A program made the translations under genes and the position numbers. The notes under the pieces are model-generated. The model was not told where the DNA came from. It worked only from the letters and a program-made list of their open reading frames with translations, and did not search any database. DNA of 64,000 nt from an uncultured Acidobacteriota bacterium (GTDB lineage Bacteria; Acidobacteriota; UBA6911): the NCBI GenBank assembly GCA_963827655.1, contig CAWHCF010000047.1:1-64000 (forward strand). Reading direction: 5' to 3'. Positions 1 to 9,231 of this stretch are shown here, piece after piece (positions within the stretch are counted from its first letter, which is position 1; the number at the start of each line of letters is the position of its first letter).

Positions 1-90
1 ACTCATGTGTGCTCTCCTTTTCCGTCCTCTGATTTTGCTCTTTTGGATGAGCGCTTATACTCCTTCATTCGCGTGGCTCCCAGCATCTCG

Positions 91-1211
91 TCACTCCCGA
101 GTGAGAAGAAAAGCCCCTGCCATGGCCCCTGCCGCACACATGCTGATCAGACCATACCGTGCGTTGCGACGCGCCATCTCATAGGCCAGGGTGGTGAGAA
201 TCCGTCCGCCAGTTGCGGACCACGGATGCCCGACGGAGATCGAACTTCCATTCACGTTAACCCGATCCCAATTCACCGGATCTGTGGCGGGACCCTTCCA
301 GCCTTTCTCCCATGCCGCGGCGTTTGCCAGCACCTGGGCGGCGAACGCTTCGTGGATCTCGATCAGATCAATGTCCTTCAGTCGCAGACCTACGCGGTCG
401 AGCAATCGCGGGACCGCAATGGCGGGGGCCATGAGCAGCCCCTCGCTCGGATGGAGCGCGGCGTATTCCATGGCCTCAATGAAGGCCAAGGGCGCCCGGC
501 CTTCCTGTCGCGCGCGTTTCTCGCTCATGAGCAATACGGCGGATGCCCCGTCGGTGACGGGTGACGAATTGCCGGCAGTGATCGTTCCGTCGGCATCGAA
601 CGCGGGCTTTAGCGTGGCGAGTCGTTCCAGCGATGTATCGGGCCGCGGGCCCGTGTCGCCGGCTATGCCATCGACCGCCAAAATCTCTTGAGCGAGGCGC
701 TCGCGCGCCGCCACCGCATTACGGTGACTGGCGAGGGCAATCTCATCCTGGCGCGCTCTCGAAATGCCCCACTCCTTGCGCGTGATCTCCGTGTGCTGAC
801 CCATGGAGAGGCCTGTGCTCGGCTCGTTGAATGTGCTCGGGTCGGATCCGCTCAGCCATTCGACGCCGCCTGCGATGCCGGCTGTTATCCTTCCCTCTGT
901 TATAGCGTCGGCGATGATGGTCGCCGTCCGTAAGCCGGTGATGCAGTAGAGGAAACCGTCTGCGCCTCTATATGGGGCGGCAAGCCTGCTTCCAAGACGA
1001 TTTCCCGTGCAAGGTTCGGTTTGCCGCGCTCAGGAACGACCGTACCGAAGGCAATGGCTTCGATCTGATCCGGATTAACGTTGTGGCGATCGAGGAGCCC
1101 GCGCACAGCATGTTTTGCGAGTGCGGAGGGGCCGAGGGACGCGAACGCCTTCCCGGACTTCACAAAGGGCGTGCGAGCCCCAGCGACAATGGCAACCCTG
1201 TGATTACTCAT
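91..1211 (-). pseudogene. Acetyl-CoA C-acyltransferase (thiolase, FadI-like), split by a 1-nt deletion near 950
   Basis: The N-terminal ORF has ARTPF. Shifting frame at TCCTC/TACTGC restores YCITGLR with the catalytic Cys and runs into the C-terminal ORF (NSSPVTDGAS, EIHEAFAAQ, GHPWSATG, MCAAG). The indel may be a sequencing error. Confidence 0.85.
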
Positions 1212-1227
1212 AAACTCTCACCCATTC

Positions 1228-1326
1228 TCAGATTGTGGCTTGACCGCTCGCGCCGAACTCCAGAGCACGCCCGATCACGCGGATCGTGGTTCGTTCTCTA
1301 CCCGAGCTCCGTTCGAGCTTTAACAT
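1228..1326 (-). pseudogene. Truncated copy of the STAS-like mini-protein
   Basis: MLKLERSSGRERTTIRVIGRA matches the start of 11171-11428, then diverges and stops after 32 aa. Confidence 0.75.
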
Positions 1327-1348
1327 CCGAGACCTCGTCCTGCCTTGA

Positions 1349-1364
1349 CGCAAGAATAGGGCCG
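1349..1364 (-). promoter_or_regulatory. Sigma54 (-24/-12) promoter, copy 1
   Basis: Minus strand CGGCCCTATTCTTGCG fits GG-N10-GC. Confidence 0.65.
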
Positions 1365-1459
1365 TCGACCAACTCACAGAATCCACATCATTTGTGATTT
1401 AGCGTAATGACGGCGCTGTCAGAAAATGCTGATTTATCAGAAAAGAATGCTGAGGGTGA

Positions 1460-1600
1460 TTAAGTCTTGAAGCGGTATTTATCGATACCGAGGGCGGCAA
1501 TCTTCGATTCCAAAGTCTGCCTGGGAATCCCGAGCTTGGCTGCGGCTCCGAATGGGCCGGCGATGCGGCCTCGCGACTCCCTTAGCGCGGCTTCAATCAT
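1460..1600 (-). pseudogene. Orphan Fis-type HTH remnant of a sigma54 activator (46 aa)
   Basis: MIEAALRESRGRIAGPFGAAAKLGIPRQTLESKIAALGIDKYRFKT is nearly identical to the C-terminus of 11574-13913. Confidence 0.8.
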
Positions 1601-1714
1601 CTCTCGTTCCCGGAGTCTATTCTCCGACGCTTCCCATTCGTTGGTCGCGAGGGACGTTCAAAGGGCGCGCACCAGCGGCCGAGATCACCCCTTCACCGGC
1701 CCCGATTCGGAGAC

Positions 1715-2602
1715 TCAGAGTCGGCCTTCGTTTTGCAACCGGTGCTGGATCTCGTTGAGCCGCTGTTCACCGGCCCGCAGCGTCGCGGGGCTGGTATGCA
1801 CCGAGTACTGTCCGAGCATGAGGTCATGGGCGTGCGGAGCCGCCGACCCAAGAACGAACTCCGTATCGGCGTCCGCATGGAAGTCGATCGCGTCGGTCGA
1901 CGGCTCGAAGATCGCAAGTTCGCCGGCTTCCACACTCTCAGGGACACGAATGCGTCCCGTGCTCGGTGAGACCCAGCCAACCGTATGGTCGACGGCCGGC
2001 TGGTAGCGCCAGGACTCGCCAGCTCGCATGCGCACCGCGAGGTAGTTCAGCGAAGTCGGAAAATTGAGCGAACTCGTCGCCCCCCCGTGGGTCCCGACCA
2101 GCACACGCGCCGGACCGTCGCGCGCAACGGCGTCAGGTGCCAAGTAGACGTTCTCCACTGGTCCGAGCTCGTGGTCGGGCGGCAACGCCAGCCAGAGCTG
2201 GAAACCACGGCTACGGCCGGTGTCGCCGGGTCCCCCGCCGTGCCAGGCCCCGTGACCGGCTTTGAACCATTCCACCCCGCCTGCCGGCAAGACTCCGGTC
2301 GCTCCACTCGTATCTTCGTAACGGACGCTTCCCTCGAACAGGTAAGTCACCGTCGCGATGCCCGAGTGTGGATGCAGGCCGATTCCCGGGAACGAGGCGT
2401 TCTCCATGTCGAAGAGGTCCAGGAAGACGAACGGTTTCAGCACCTGACCAAGGTCACTTGGGCTCATCAGGCGCGTGATGGGGCCGTGGTGGCTGCCTCG
2501 GGTCCGACGGACGATCTTGCGCGGGCGCGTTTGGATAGGCGTGGGCGACAACTTTTCGTCCGAATTCTCGATAGCCCTTTTATAATTTTCGATCAGCTTC
2601 AT
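1715..2602 (-). CDS. Pirin family protein with a chimeric N-terminus
   Basis: PFVFLD, LHPHSGIATVTY, GHGAWH and GFQLW motifs. Confidence 0.9.
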   Translation of the reverse strand: MKLIENYKRAIENSDEKLSPTPIQTRPRKIVRRTRGSHHGPITRLMSPSDLGQVLKPFVFLDLFDMENASFPGIGLHPHSGIATVTYLFEGSVRYEDTSGATGVLPAGGVEWFKAGHGAWHGGGPGDTGRSRGFQLWLALPPDHELGPVENVYLAPDAVARDGPARVLVGTHGGATSSLNFPTSLNYLAVRMRAGESWRYQPAVDHTVGWVSPSTGRIRVPESVEAGELAIFEPSTDAIDFHADADTEFVLGSAAPHAHDLMLGQYSVHTSPATLRAGEQRLNEIQHRLQNEGRL

Positions 2603-2631
2603 TTCCTTGCCTCCTTTATTGAAAGAGCAAG

Positions 2632-2720
2632 CTGAATCGAGTTGACGCGGATGTCGTCGCGCCCACCTCCAGCGCCGCCGCCGGCCTTGCGCATCGAGGG
2701 TACCACCGCGCGGGTCTCCT
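2632..2720 (-). pseudogene. Internally deleted SDR remnant
   Basis: TRAVVPSMRKAGGG is joined to GRDDIRVNSI; these are two non-adjacent SDR motifs. Confidence 0.5.
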
Positions 2721-2801
2721 CATTTCTCAATACTTTACTCACCATCGACATAACATTTCCTCTCTTTCCGATTCGGCGCGCCCAGCAAACGCCGAAAACG
2801 C

Positions 2802-3296
2802 TCACGCCGTACTCTTCTCTTCACCCTGCTTCAACGTACCTGCCGCCTCATAGCCAATCTTCTTCAATAGCCGGATGAGCGTCTTGCGCTCCGCCCTGGT
2901 CAGGGAGGCGGACGCGAGTCGTTCCAAGTCGGCCGCGTGATCCGCGTAGGCGCCTGCAATCAGTTTCCTGCCTTCTTTCGTCAAATGAACTATCTTCGCC
3001 CGCCTGTCGGTGCCGTGTGCCCGCCGTTCGACGAATCCCTTCATCTCCAAGCGGTCAACTGCGACTGTGATCGAGCCGCTCGTAAGCAGAACTTTTTTCC
3101 CGATCTCGTTGACGGGCAGCGGCCCCTTGTGCAGCAGGGCTTCGAGCACAGCGAAGTCGCTGCCGCACATCTCCAACTCCAAGACGCTCTTTTCGGCGTA
3201 GGCCTGAACCGCACGCGCCGCCTTCCACAACACCAGGAAAACGTGAACCCCACTTCCCCCCGTCAACGATTCCAGTTTACGTATCCTCCTATTCAT
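2802..3296 (-). CDS. MarR family transcriptional regulator
   Basis: wHTH with SGSITVAVDRLE and DRRAKIVHLT. Confidence 0.92.
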   Translation of the reverse strand: MNRRIRKLESLTGGSGVHVFLVLWKAARAVQAYAEKSVLELEMCGSDFAVLEALLHKGPLPVNEIGKKVLLTSGSITVAVDRLEMKGFVERRAHGTDRRAKIVHLTKEGRKLIAGAYADHAADLERLASASLTRAERKTLIRLLKKIGYEAAGTLKQGEEKSTA

Positions 3297-3299
3297 TTA

Positions 3300-3340
3300 C
3301 CTTGACATCAAGATACGTTATATTAAGGTAGATGTCAAGG
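3300..3340 (-). promoter_or_regulatory. Sigma70 promoter overlapped by an inverted repeat (probable MarR operator)
   Basis: Minus strand TTGACA-17 nt-TATCTT. CCTTGACATC (3300-3309) and GATGTCAAGG (3331-3340) form a perfect inverted repeat. The layout is conserved at 7567-7606. Confidence 0.75.
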
Positions 3341-3344
3341 GGAG

Positions 3345-3450
3345 TGGAGACGTGCTTCGGCTCAGGAATTTGTCAGCCGTGTACATGCAAAAGCTCCAAG
3401 CTGTCTTGTGCTGGATGTAAGGTTGCGCGATCTCCACGGATTAGACGTAT
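3345..3450 (+). pseudogene. FixJ/NodW-type receiver domain remnant
   Basis: Translates ASAQEFVSRVHAKAPSCLVLDVRLRDLHGLDV, the typical FixJ-family SAQEF..PSCLVLDVRL stretch. No start or end is present. Confidence 0.65.
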
Positions 3451-3458
3451 ACGCGCCC

Positions 3459-4487
3459 TTATCCGACTCCGTCCTTTGTAACCAACACCATGCGGAACCG
3501 TGCTTTGCCTTGCATCATGCGAGCGTAAGCGTCAGCAGCCTGTTCGAGAGGAACTGTCTCGATCATCGGGCGGATATTCGCCAGGACGCTGAAGGCAAGA
3601 GTGTCCTCGGTATCAATTGCGGTGCCGGCGAGTGAGCCGTAGATTGAGCGCCCTCCAAAGACAAGCGGAAAAGCACTCAATTGGATCTGATCCTGCGGTA
3701 CACCCACCACGATGAGCTTCCCTCGGGCTGCGAGACCGGACACAAGTGGCCCCATAGCATTGCCGCTGGGGGCTGTTGCGAGAATCGCCCTGGCCCCGCC
3801 CATACGCTGCAGTGCCGCCGCGGGATCGTCGACAGACGTATCGATGTAGACGTGCGCACCCAAATCTTTCGCAAGTTTTTCCTTGTCGCTTCCACGTCCG
3901 ATTGCGACAGTATGGAATCCCATGTGTCGCGCAAATTGGAGACCAAGATGCCCAAGGCCGCCAATGCCCTGGACAGCGACCAAATCTCCGCCGCGCAAGC
4001 CGGCACTACGCAGAGCGTTGTAAGTCGTGATGCCCGCGCAGAGGAGAGGAGCCGATTCTAAGGACGTGAGCTCGTCAGGAATGGAAGCGATCCCGCGCGC
4101 TTCAGCGATCATCACCTCCGCATATCCTCCATCCACGGTTACTCCCGGTATCACGGGGTTCTGACAATTCACAATGTCTCCGCGCCTACATGGCTCGCAC
4201 ACTCCGTCTTCGCCGCCGAAGAATCCGACACCGACCCGTTGACCGATTTTCCATCTGGCCACTCCGCTGCCTAAGGCTTCAATTCGGCCAACGACTTCAT
4301 GCCCAGGAACGCGCGGTAGGTTCAGACCCGGGTAGATGCCGGTGACCGTGGCGGCATCGGTGTGACAGATTCCACATGCTTCTACCCGAATCCGGACCTG
4401 ACCGGCTCCGGGCTCGGAGACTTGCCGTTCCACTACTCGAAGCACGCCGGGTGCTGAGACTTCCACTGCTTTGTATGTGCTTTTCAT
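3459..4487 (-). CDS. Zinc-dependent alcohol dehydrogenase
   Basis: CGICHTD, GHE, LCAGITTYNAL and GIGGLG motifs. Confidence 0.93.
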   Translation of the reverse strand: MKSTYKAVEVSAPGVLRVVERQVSEPGAGQVRIRVEACGICHTDAATVTGIYPGLNLPRVPGHEVVGRIEALGSGVARWKIGQRVGVGFFGGEDGVCEPCRRGDIVNCQNPVIPGVTVDGGYAEVMIAEARGIASIPDELTSLESAPLLCAGITTYNALRSAGLRGGDLVAVQGIGGLGHLGLQFARHMGFHTVAIGRGSDKEKLAKDLGAHVYIDTSVDDPAAALQRMGGARAILATAPSGNAMGPLVSGLAARGKLIVVGVPQDQIQLSAFPLVFGGRSIYGSLAGTAIDTEDTLAFSVLANIRPMIETVPLEQAADAYARMMQGKARFRMVLVTKDGVG

Positions 4488-4559
4488 TTGTATGTACCTC
4501 TCTTTTGTATTTCACTCTGGCTGAACGACAAGCGCGACGTTGCCACGTCGATGCCGTCC

Positions 4560-4702
4560 TCAATCTTTTTCTCTTTCCATCCACTCGCGAATATATGGAG
4601 CGCAGTTCTCAAGCTTCACGCCATCCGCTTCGCAACGCAGCCGCGGGTCCTATGCACGATCTGACGCCGGTTCTCGCTGATCGCGGCGGTCGATTTACTC
4701 AT
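4560..4702 (-). pseudogene. Chimeric remnant: pirin N-terminus joined to a STAS-like C-terminus
   Basis: AGGAG RBS plus MSKSTAAISENRRQIVHRTRG (compare pirin RKIVRRTRG), then in another frame LRCEADGVKLENCAPYIREWMEREKD* (compare CPPYIREWISRE at 11171). Confidence 0.65.
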
Positions 4703-4922
4703 AACGAAACTCCTGGTTTACGGCCACGTGGAAGGCCCGCGAAGATGACACAAGCCCTCCACAGTAGCGGTTTTCGGCCGAGCTTTTTGAGTTTGGCCGG
4801 GTTAAACGATAAGTTATTTGGCCGCCGCTTGCGCCTGCTCAGCCGCTTGCGCGTCAGCCGCTTGGGTTCGAGCGCACGCTGGTAAGCCTTGAGAGGCAGA
4901 TCGGAGACCACGCCCTGTGGCT

Positions 4923-5687
4923 CTACCAAGCGGTCGCGCCGCCGTCGACCGGGTAGTTGGCGCCTGTGATGTAAGACGCCCGGTCAGAAGCGATGAAGGC
5001 CGCGAGCTCCACGAGCTCCTCGGGTTGACCGAAGCGCTTGAGAAGCGTCTTTCTGGTTATCGCGTCCCGGGCCGCCTGGTTGTCGCCGAGGTCGCGGTCG
5101 GCGGCCGGGGTCAGGAAAGGCCCGGGACTGATCGCCACCGCACGGATCCCATAGCGCGCGCCTTCAAGCGCTAATTGTCGCGTCATGGCGATGACGCCCC
5201 CTTTCGCTGTGGCGTGCGCGACCATCGGGGGGGTCTCTTGGGCGATCATGCCTGACACGGACGCGACGTTTATGATTACACCGCCACCGCGCCGGACCAG
5301 GTGCGGCCATGCGAACTTCGACACGAAGAAGGGAATGTCGAGGTCGCCAGTTATGGTCGCCCGCCAGTCATCGATAGAGAAATCGGGCATCGGACCGAAG
5401 TATTGTATGGCCGCGTTGTTGTAGACCACGTCGAGCCCGCCGTAGGCGGCCACGGCATCCTCAACCATCTTCCGCGCCTGTTCGGGGTCGGTGAGATCGA
5501 TCGGCGCGATGCCAGTCATCTCACCGCCGGCGCGACGTATGAGTTCGACCGTCTCGTTGTTGGCATCAACCTTGATGTCGCACCCGACAACCTTTGCGCC
5601 TTCTCGCGCAAAGGTCTGTGCCGCGACGCGGCCCAGACCTCCTCCGGTGCCGGTGATCAGCACGACCTTCTTGTCAAGTATTCCCAT
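4923..5687 (-). CDS. SDR family oxidoreductase
   Basis: TGTGGGLG, NNAA and HATAKGG (His replaces the catalytic Tyr of YxxxK), VDGG. Confidence 0.9.
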   Translation of the reverse strand: MGILDKKVVLITGTGGGLGRVAAQTFAREGAKVVGCDIKVDANNETVELIRRAGGEMTGIAPIDLTDPEQARKMVEDAVAAYGGLDVVYNNAAIQYFGPMPDFSIDDWRATITGDLDIPFFVSKFAWPHLVRRGGGVIINVASVSGMIAQETPPMVAHATAKGGVIAMTRQLALEGARYGIRAVAISPGPFLTPAADRDLGDNQAARDAITRKTLLKRFGQPEELVELAAFIASDRASYITGANYPVDGGATAW

Positions 5688-5934
5688 AGCTTCCTCCTGG
5701 TCTGAACTGCCTCAGGCCAATCGACCCTCAGCGCGTGGACTAGCCGGTCGATTTGAAATTCAGTTGTTCGACTCTCGCAACGATGAAATTGCTGCCCTCT
5801 TTAATCATTCGCTGTCGACCGGCCTCAACGCCTTGCCTTCAATCGACAGTTTTCGAAGGCCGTATCGAACGGGATTGTAGTCGAACGTTCCACCGTCACA
5901 TTGGATAACCTGAGCAGTGATGAATTTGAGCGCT

Positions 5935-6070
5935 TCGAAACCAAGAACACCTCCAGATTTGCTATATCTTCAGGGACGCCCAACTCCCCGAGAAGCGTGC
6001 AGTCGCGAATGATCTTGGCCACCGCGGGAGGTACGATCGAATTCACGAGTTCCGTCAAAATTGGAGACCT
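5935..6070 (-). pseudogene. SDR C-terminal remnant
   Basis: TLLGELGVPEDIANLEVFLVS resembles the SDR G.PEDIA...FL.S motif. Confidence 0.45.
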
Positions 6071-6273
6071 ATTCAAGGGCTGTCAACTTAACTCAAGAGG
6101 AACCTTCATTGTTTTCCTCTTTAAGCGGTCCTACCGACTCCTGGCACTTGAGCTCACCGTGGCGCCGCCGTCACGTGCCGCCGATAAACCAACTTCTGCC
6201 CTTTGACTTTTGGTTGTTTCATAATTGCCTCCCGTTATGCATCGAGATTGTGATTCCTCGACTGTACGGCGTC

Positions 6274-6840
6274 TTATGTTTGTTTCTCCCGCAGCGTCTT
6301 CAACGCGCCGCCCCACGCGATGACCTGGTCAAGCATTGCGTTGACAGACTTCGCTCGCTGGGGACCCGGTTTGAAGACGCTGAAGTTCTCGAAATCGGTG
6401 AAGAGGGAAAGACCGACCTGCGCTTTCACATCGGCGATCTGCAATTCCCCCATCACCAATCGCAGATTCTCCACCGCGCGCGTCCCTGATGCACCGCCGT
6501 AGCCAACGAATCCAGCCGCCTTGTTGACCCACTCGTGATAGAGGAAATCAATGGCATTCTTGAGCGCGCCCGATGTCCCGTGGTTGTATTCGGGCGTCAC
6601 GAAGACGTAGGCGTCGAAGGATGCGATCTTCGCCGACCATGTCTTGGTGTGCTGGTGGGTGTACTGGCCCATCGTCGGCGACACCGGCTCGTCGAGGAGT
6701 GGCAGGTTGAAGTCTTTGATGTCCACGAGCTCAAACTCGGCGTCGCTGCGCTTTTGCGCAATTTCGTAAACCCACTCGGCCACGGCCTCGCCCTTGCGTC
6801 CGGGCCGTGTGCTTCCGAGGATGATGGCAATCCTTATCAT
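6274..6840 (-). CDS. NADPH-dependent FMN reductase
   Basis: GSTRPGR, TPEYNHG and ALKNAID. The start is trimmed to ATG 6840, which follows GGGAGG. Confidence 0.93.
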   Translation of the reverse strand: MIRIAIILGSTRPGRKGEAVAEWVYEIAQKRSDAEFELVDIKDFNLPLLDEPVSPTMGQYTHQHTKTWSAKIASFDAYVFVTPEYNHGTSGALKNAIDFLYHEWVNKAAGFVGYGGASGTRAVENLRLVMGELQIADVKAQVGLSLFTDFENFSVFKPGPQRAKSVNAMLDQVIAWGGALKTLREKQT

Positions 6841-6875
6841 GAATACCTCCCGTGCGGTTTCCGTTACCTGCACCT

Positions 6876-7298
6876 CTATCTTGATCGTAAGCCGGTTAAA
6901 AGATTCATCGTTCGCTGGCGTCTTCCCCAAGCGACGACGCCCGTGACGACTAAAAGAATAATCGCCCCCAAGGGGCTTCCGCCGACGATGAAGAGGTGCG
7001 TCACAACAGCCCCTACCATCACCCCGGCGAGCATCAGTGCGCCCAATCCGCTCGTGCGCGGGAGCAAAAGCAGAATCGCGCCCGCCACTTCCAGTATCCC
7101 TGTCAGATAGCGGAACCACTGCCCGACGCCGATGCCCTCAAAAAGCCCGACCATTTGCGCATTTCCCGACAGTTTCAAGAACCCCACCATCAGGAACATC
7201 CCGGCGGCGCCGATCTGCAACACCCACAGTACGACGTTCAACATTTTTCCGGTCGAACTCGAAGCCGACTGCGTGCCCTCTGTTAATACATGTGCCAT
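6876..7298 (-). CDS. DoxX family membrane protein
   Basis: Four hydrophobic segments with KL.G, WFRYLTG.LE..GA and M.GAV.TH. Confidence 0.85.
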   Translation of the reverse strand: MAHVLTEGTQSASSSTGKMLNVVLWVLQIGAAGMFLMVGFLKLSGNAQMVGLFEGIGVGQWFRYLTGILEVAGAILLLLPRTSGLGALMLAGVMVGAVVTHLFIVGGSPLGAIILLVVTGVVAWGRRQRTMNLLTGLRSR

Positions 7299-7328
7299 AC
7301 CTTTACCACTCCTTTCATGCTCGATCAT

Positions 7329-7559
7329 TCAAGAGTCAATCGCACCCATCCTGCCTTGTTGGTAGTCTTCAATCGCCTGACGGATTTCCGCCCTTTGTGC
7401 AGCAGGGGTTCGAGCACGGCAAAGTGGCTGCCCGCACAGCTCCGACCTCGAGACGCTCTTCTCGGCGTAGGCCTGAACCGCGCGCGCCGCCTTCCACAAC
7501 ACCAGGAAAACGTGAACGCCACTGCGGCCCGTCAACGATTCCAGCTCATCTACTCTCAT
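7329..7559 (-). pseudogene. Degenerate second copy of the MarR regulator
   Basis: SGVHVFLVLWKAARAVQAYAEKSV is identical to 2802-3296, followed by a frameshift and an internal deletion. Confidence 0.85.
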
Positions 7560-7566
7560 CTTATTA

Positions 7567-7606
7567 CCTTGATCTCAAGATACTTTATATTAAGGTATAT
7601 GTCAAG
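7567..7606 (-). promoter_or_regulatory. Sigma70 promoter/operator of the degenerate marR
   Basis: Minus strand TTGACA-17 nt-TATCTT, homologous to 3300-3340. Confidence 0.7.
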
Positions 7607-7674
7607 TGACTAAATCGCCATGAACTCTCGATGCTCCCCACTACGGGTTCTCAAGTGAGAGATCACGGTTCCGA

Positions 7675-7900
7675 CACGCGACAGGTTCGGCACGTATACG
7701 TCGAGGGCGACCGCCAAGCCAAATCCGCCGCGACCTGTGGGACCGATCCCCACATGGGCGGTGACCGTCGGGGTGGAAGCATCGAGCTCCGACCCTGGGC
7801 CACCGCCAGCAGCCCGGGTGGAAGCAGGCGGCGTACCGGACCGCGAAAGGCTGCTCGGGATTGGTGCCGGGTCCGCCCGCGCCGCGGCGTCCGGCCCGGC
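7675..7900 (-). pseudogene. ohr: Organic hydroperoxide resistance protein (Ohr) remnant
   Basis: Across frameshifts it reads GTNPEQ..GYAACFH and TVTAHVGIGPTGRGGFGLAVALDV. Confidence 0.7.
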
Positions 7901-7930
7901 GAGGATCGGCGTGCGAATAGCGCTGAAATC

Positions 7931-8332
7931 CTACTGAGTCGTACTGCTTCCTACCTCGTTAGGCTGAAGTCTTTGAATGATGACTTCCGCAAACTTCTGG
8001 GCCGCCGGGATGGGACGCATGTAGATAGTCAGTTGATCGATCTTGCCATCTTTGTTGAGGTGCACCTGATCGACCGCCTGAAGCTTCTCGCCCTCGATCT
8101 GGCCCTCAAAGCCAAGAAAGTACCAATTGTTCCCTGCATCAGCCGTTAAAGTGCATTTTATTCCAGGAGCGGTTTTTGCCACCTGGCTCATGATATAAGA
8201 TGCTGTGTTCACTGGATGATTGAAGCTTGCTCCAGCCGGGATCTCGACGCGGACTTCAGGAGCAAAAACCTCTTTCAACAAACTTTCGTCCGAATTCTCA
8301 AGAGCCCTTTTATAGTTTTCGATGACCTTCAT
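7931..8332 (-). CDS. SnoaL-like/NTF2 family protein
   Basis: FAPEV..VD...LN.DGKI..LTIYMRP pattern. The in-frame upstream MSKTGLQALLTPKDSV (ATG 8407) resembles the start of a YcaC/isochorismatase gene. Confidence 0.8.
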   Translation of the reverse strand: MKVIENYKRALENSDESLLKEVFAPEVRVEIPAGASFNHPVNTASYIMSQVAKTAPGIKCTLTADAGNNWYFLGFEGQIEGEKLQAVDQVHLNKDGKIDQLTIYMRPIPAAQKFAEVIIQRLQPNEVGSSTTQ

Positions 8333-8463
8333 TTTCTCGTCTCCTTGATCAGTAGAAAAAACGCTATCCTTGGGTGTGAGAAGCGCCTGAAGTCCTGTCT
8401 TGCTCATGGTTGTTTCCTCCTTTGTTGTTGGTTAAATTACTCCCACCCTCGGCTATTAACGGC

Positions 8464-9204
8464 CTACACTTGTGCGAAACCGCCATCCACAAACAATTCC
8501 GTTCCCGTGATGTAGCTGCTGTCGTCGGATGCGAGAAACACCACGGCTTTCGCGATCTCATCGGGTGTACCGAACCTGCCGAGTGGAACGCTGCTGGAAA
8601 TGGTCTTCATCTGTTCCTCGGCCGCTTCTATGGAATGCCATGGGGGCGTGTCGGTATAGCCTGGGCTCACCGCGTTCACGCGAATGCGGCGATCCTTTAA
8701 GTCCCTTGTCCATGTCCGCGCGAACGAACGCACCGCGGCTTTGGTGGCGCTATAAACACTCCACTCGGGCGCGGGCGCTTTACTGGCGGCGGTGGACGCA
8801 TTCAGGATGATCGAGGCACCATCCGGCAGCAGCGGAAGCGCCTTCTGTACCGTGAAAAGCAGGCCTTTCACATTGCTGTCAAAGAGCGCGTCGTAATGCT
8901 CCTCAGTGATCTTGCCCAAGGGGGCAAACTGCGCCGCACCGGCATTGGCGAATACAATGTCGAGCTTGCCCTTCTCCTGCTCGATTTGTGCGAAGAGGCG
9001 CTCGAGATCGCCAAGGTTCGACACGTCTCCTTTTACGCCGGTTAAATTTCTTCCGATTTCCTTTACCGCCCGAGCCAACCCCGGCTCACGGCGCCCCGTG
9101 ATGAAAACGTACGCGCCTTCGTTCACAAACTGCTTCGCCGTGGCAAGGCCAATGCCGCTGTTGCCACCAGTAATAAGTGCAATTTTTCCTTCAAGTTTAT
9201 TCAT
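8464..9204 (-). CDS. SDR family oxidoreductase
   Basis: [18 protein letters not shown] and VDGG. Confidence 0.93.
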   Translation of the reverse strand: MNKLEGKIALITGGNSGIGLATAKQFVNEGAYVFITGRREPGLARAVKEIGRNLTGVKGDVSNLGDLERLFAQIEQEKGKLDIVFANAGAAQFAPLGKITEEHYDALFDSNVKGLLFTVQKALPLLPDGASIILNASTAASKAPAPEWSVYSATKAAVRSFARTWTRDLKDRRIRVNAVSPGYTDTPPWHSIEAAEEQMKTISSSVPLGRFGTPDEIAKAVVFLASDDSSYITGTELFVDGGFAQV

Positions 9205-9231
9205 ATATTCCTCTCCTTCCATCAAAGCCTG

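Larger units (their letters stand above)
1268..1610. repeat. Direct repeat copy 1: 3' end of the sigma54 activator, sigma54 promoter and start of the STAS gene
   Basis: Near-identical by eye to 11369-11724. Confidence 0.9.

Noticed and set aside
940-960. Programmed frameshifting at the isolated indels (thiolase, site-2 protease, zinc finger, LVIVD)
   Set aside because: No recognisable slippery heptamer or shared context; sequencing error or a recent mutation is simpler.
6841-7119. Long N-terminus of the FMN reductase ORF
   Set aside because: It overlaps the doxX gene in another frame, and a good RBS precedes ATG 6840.
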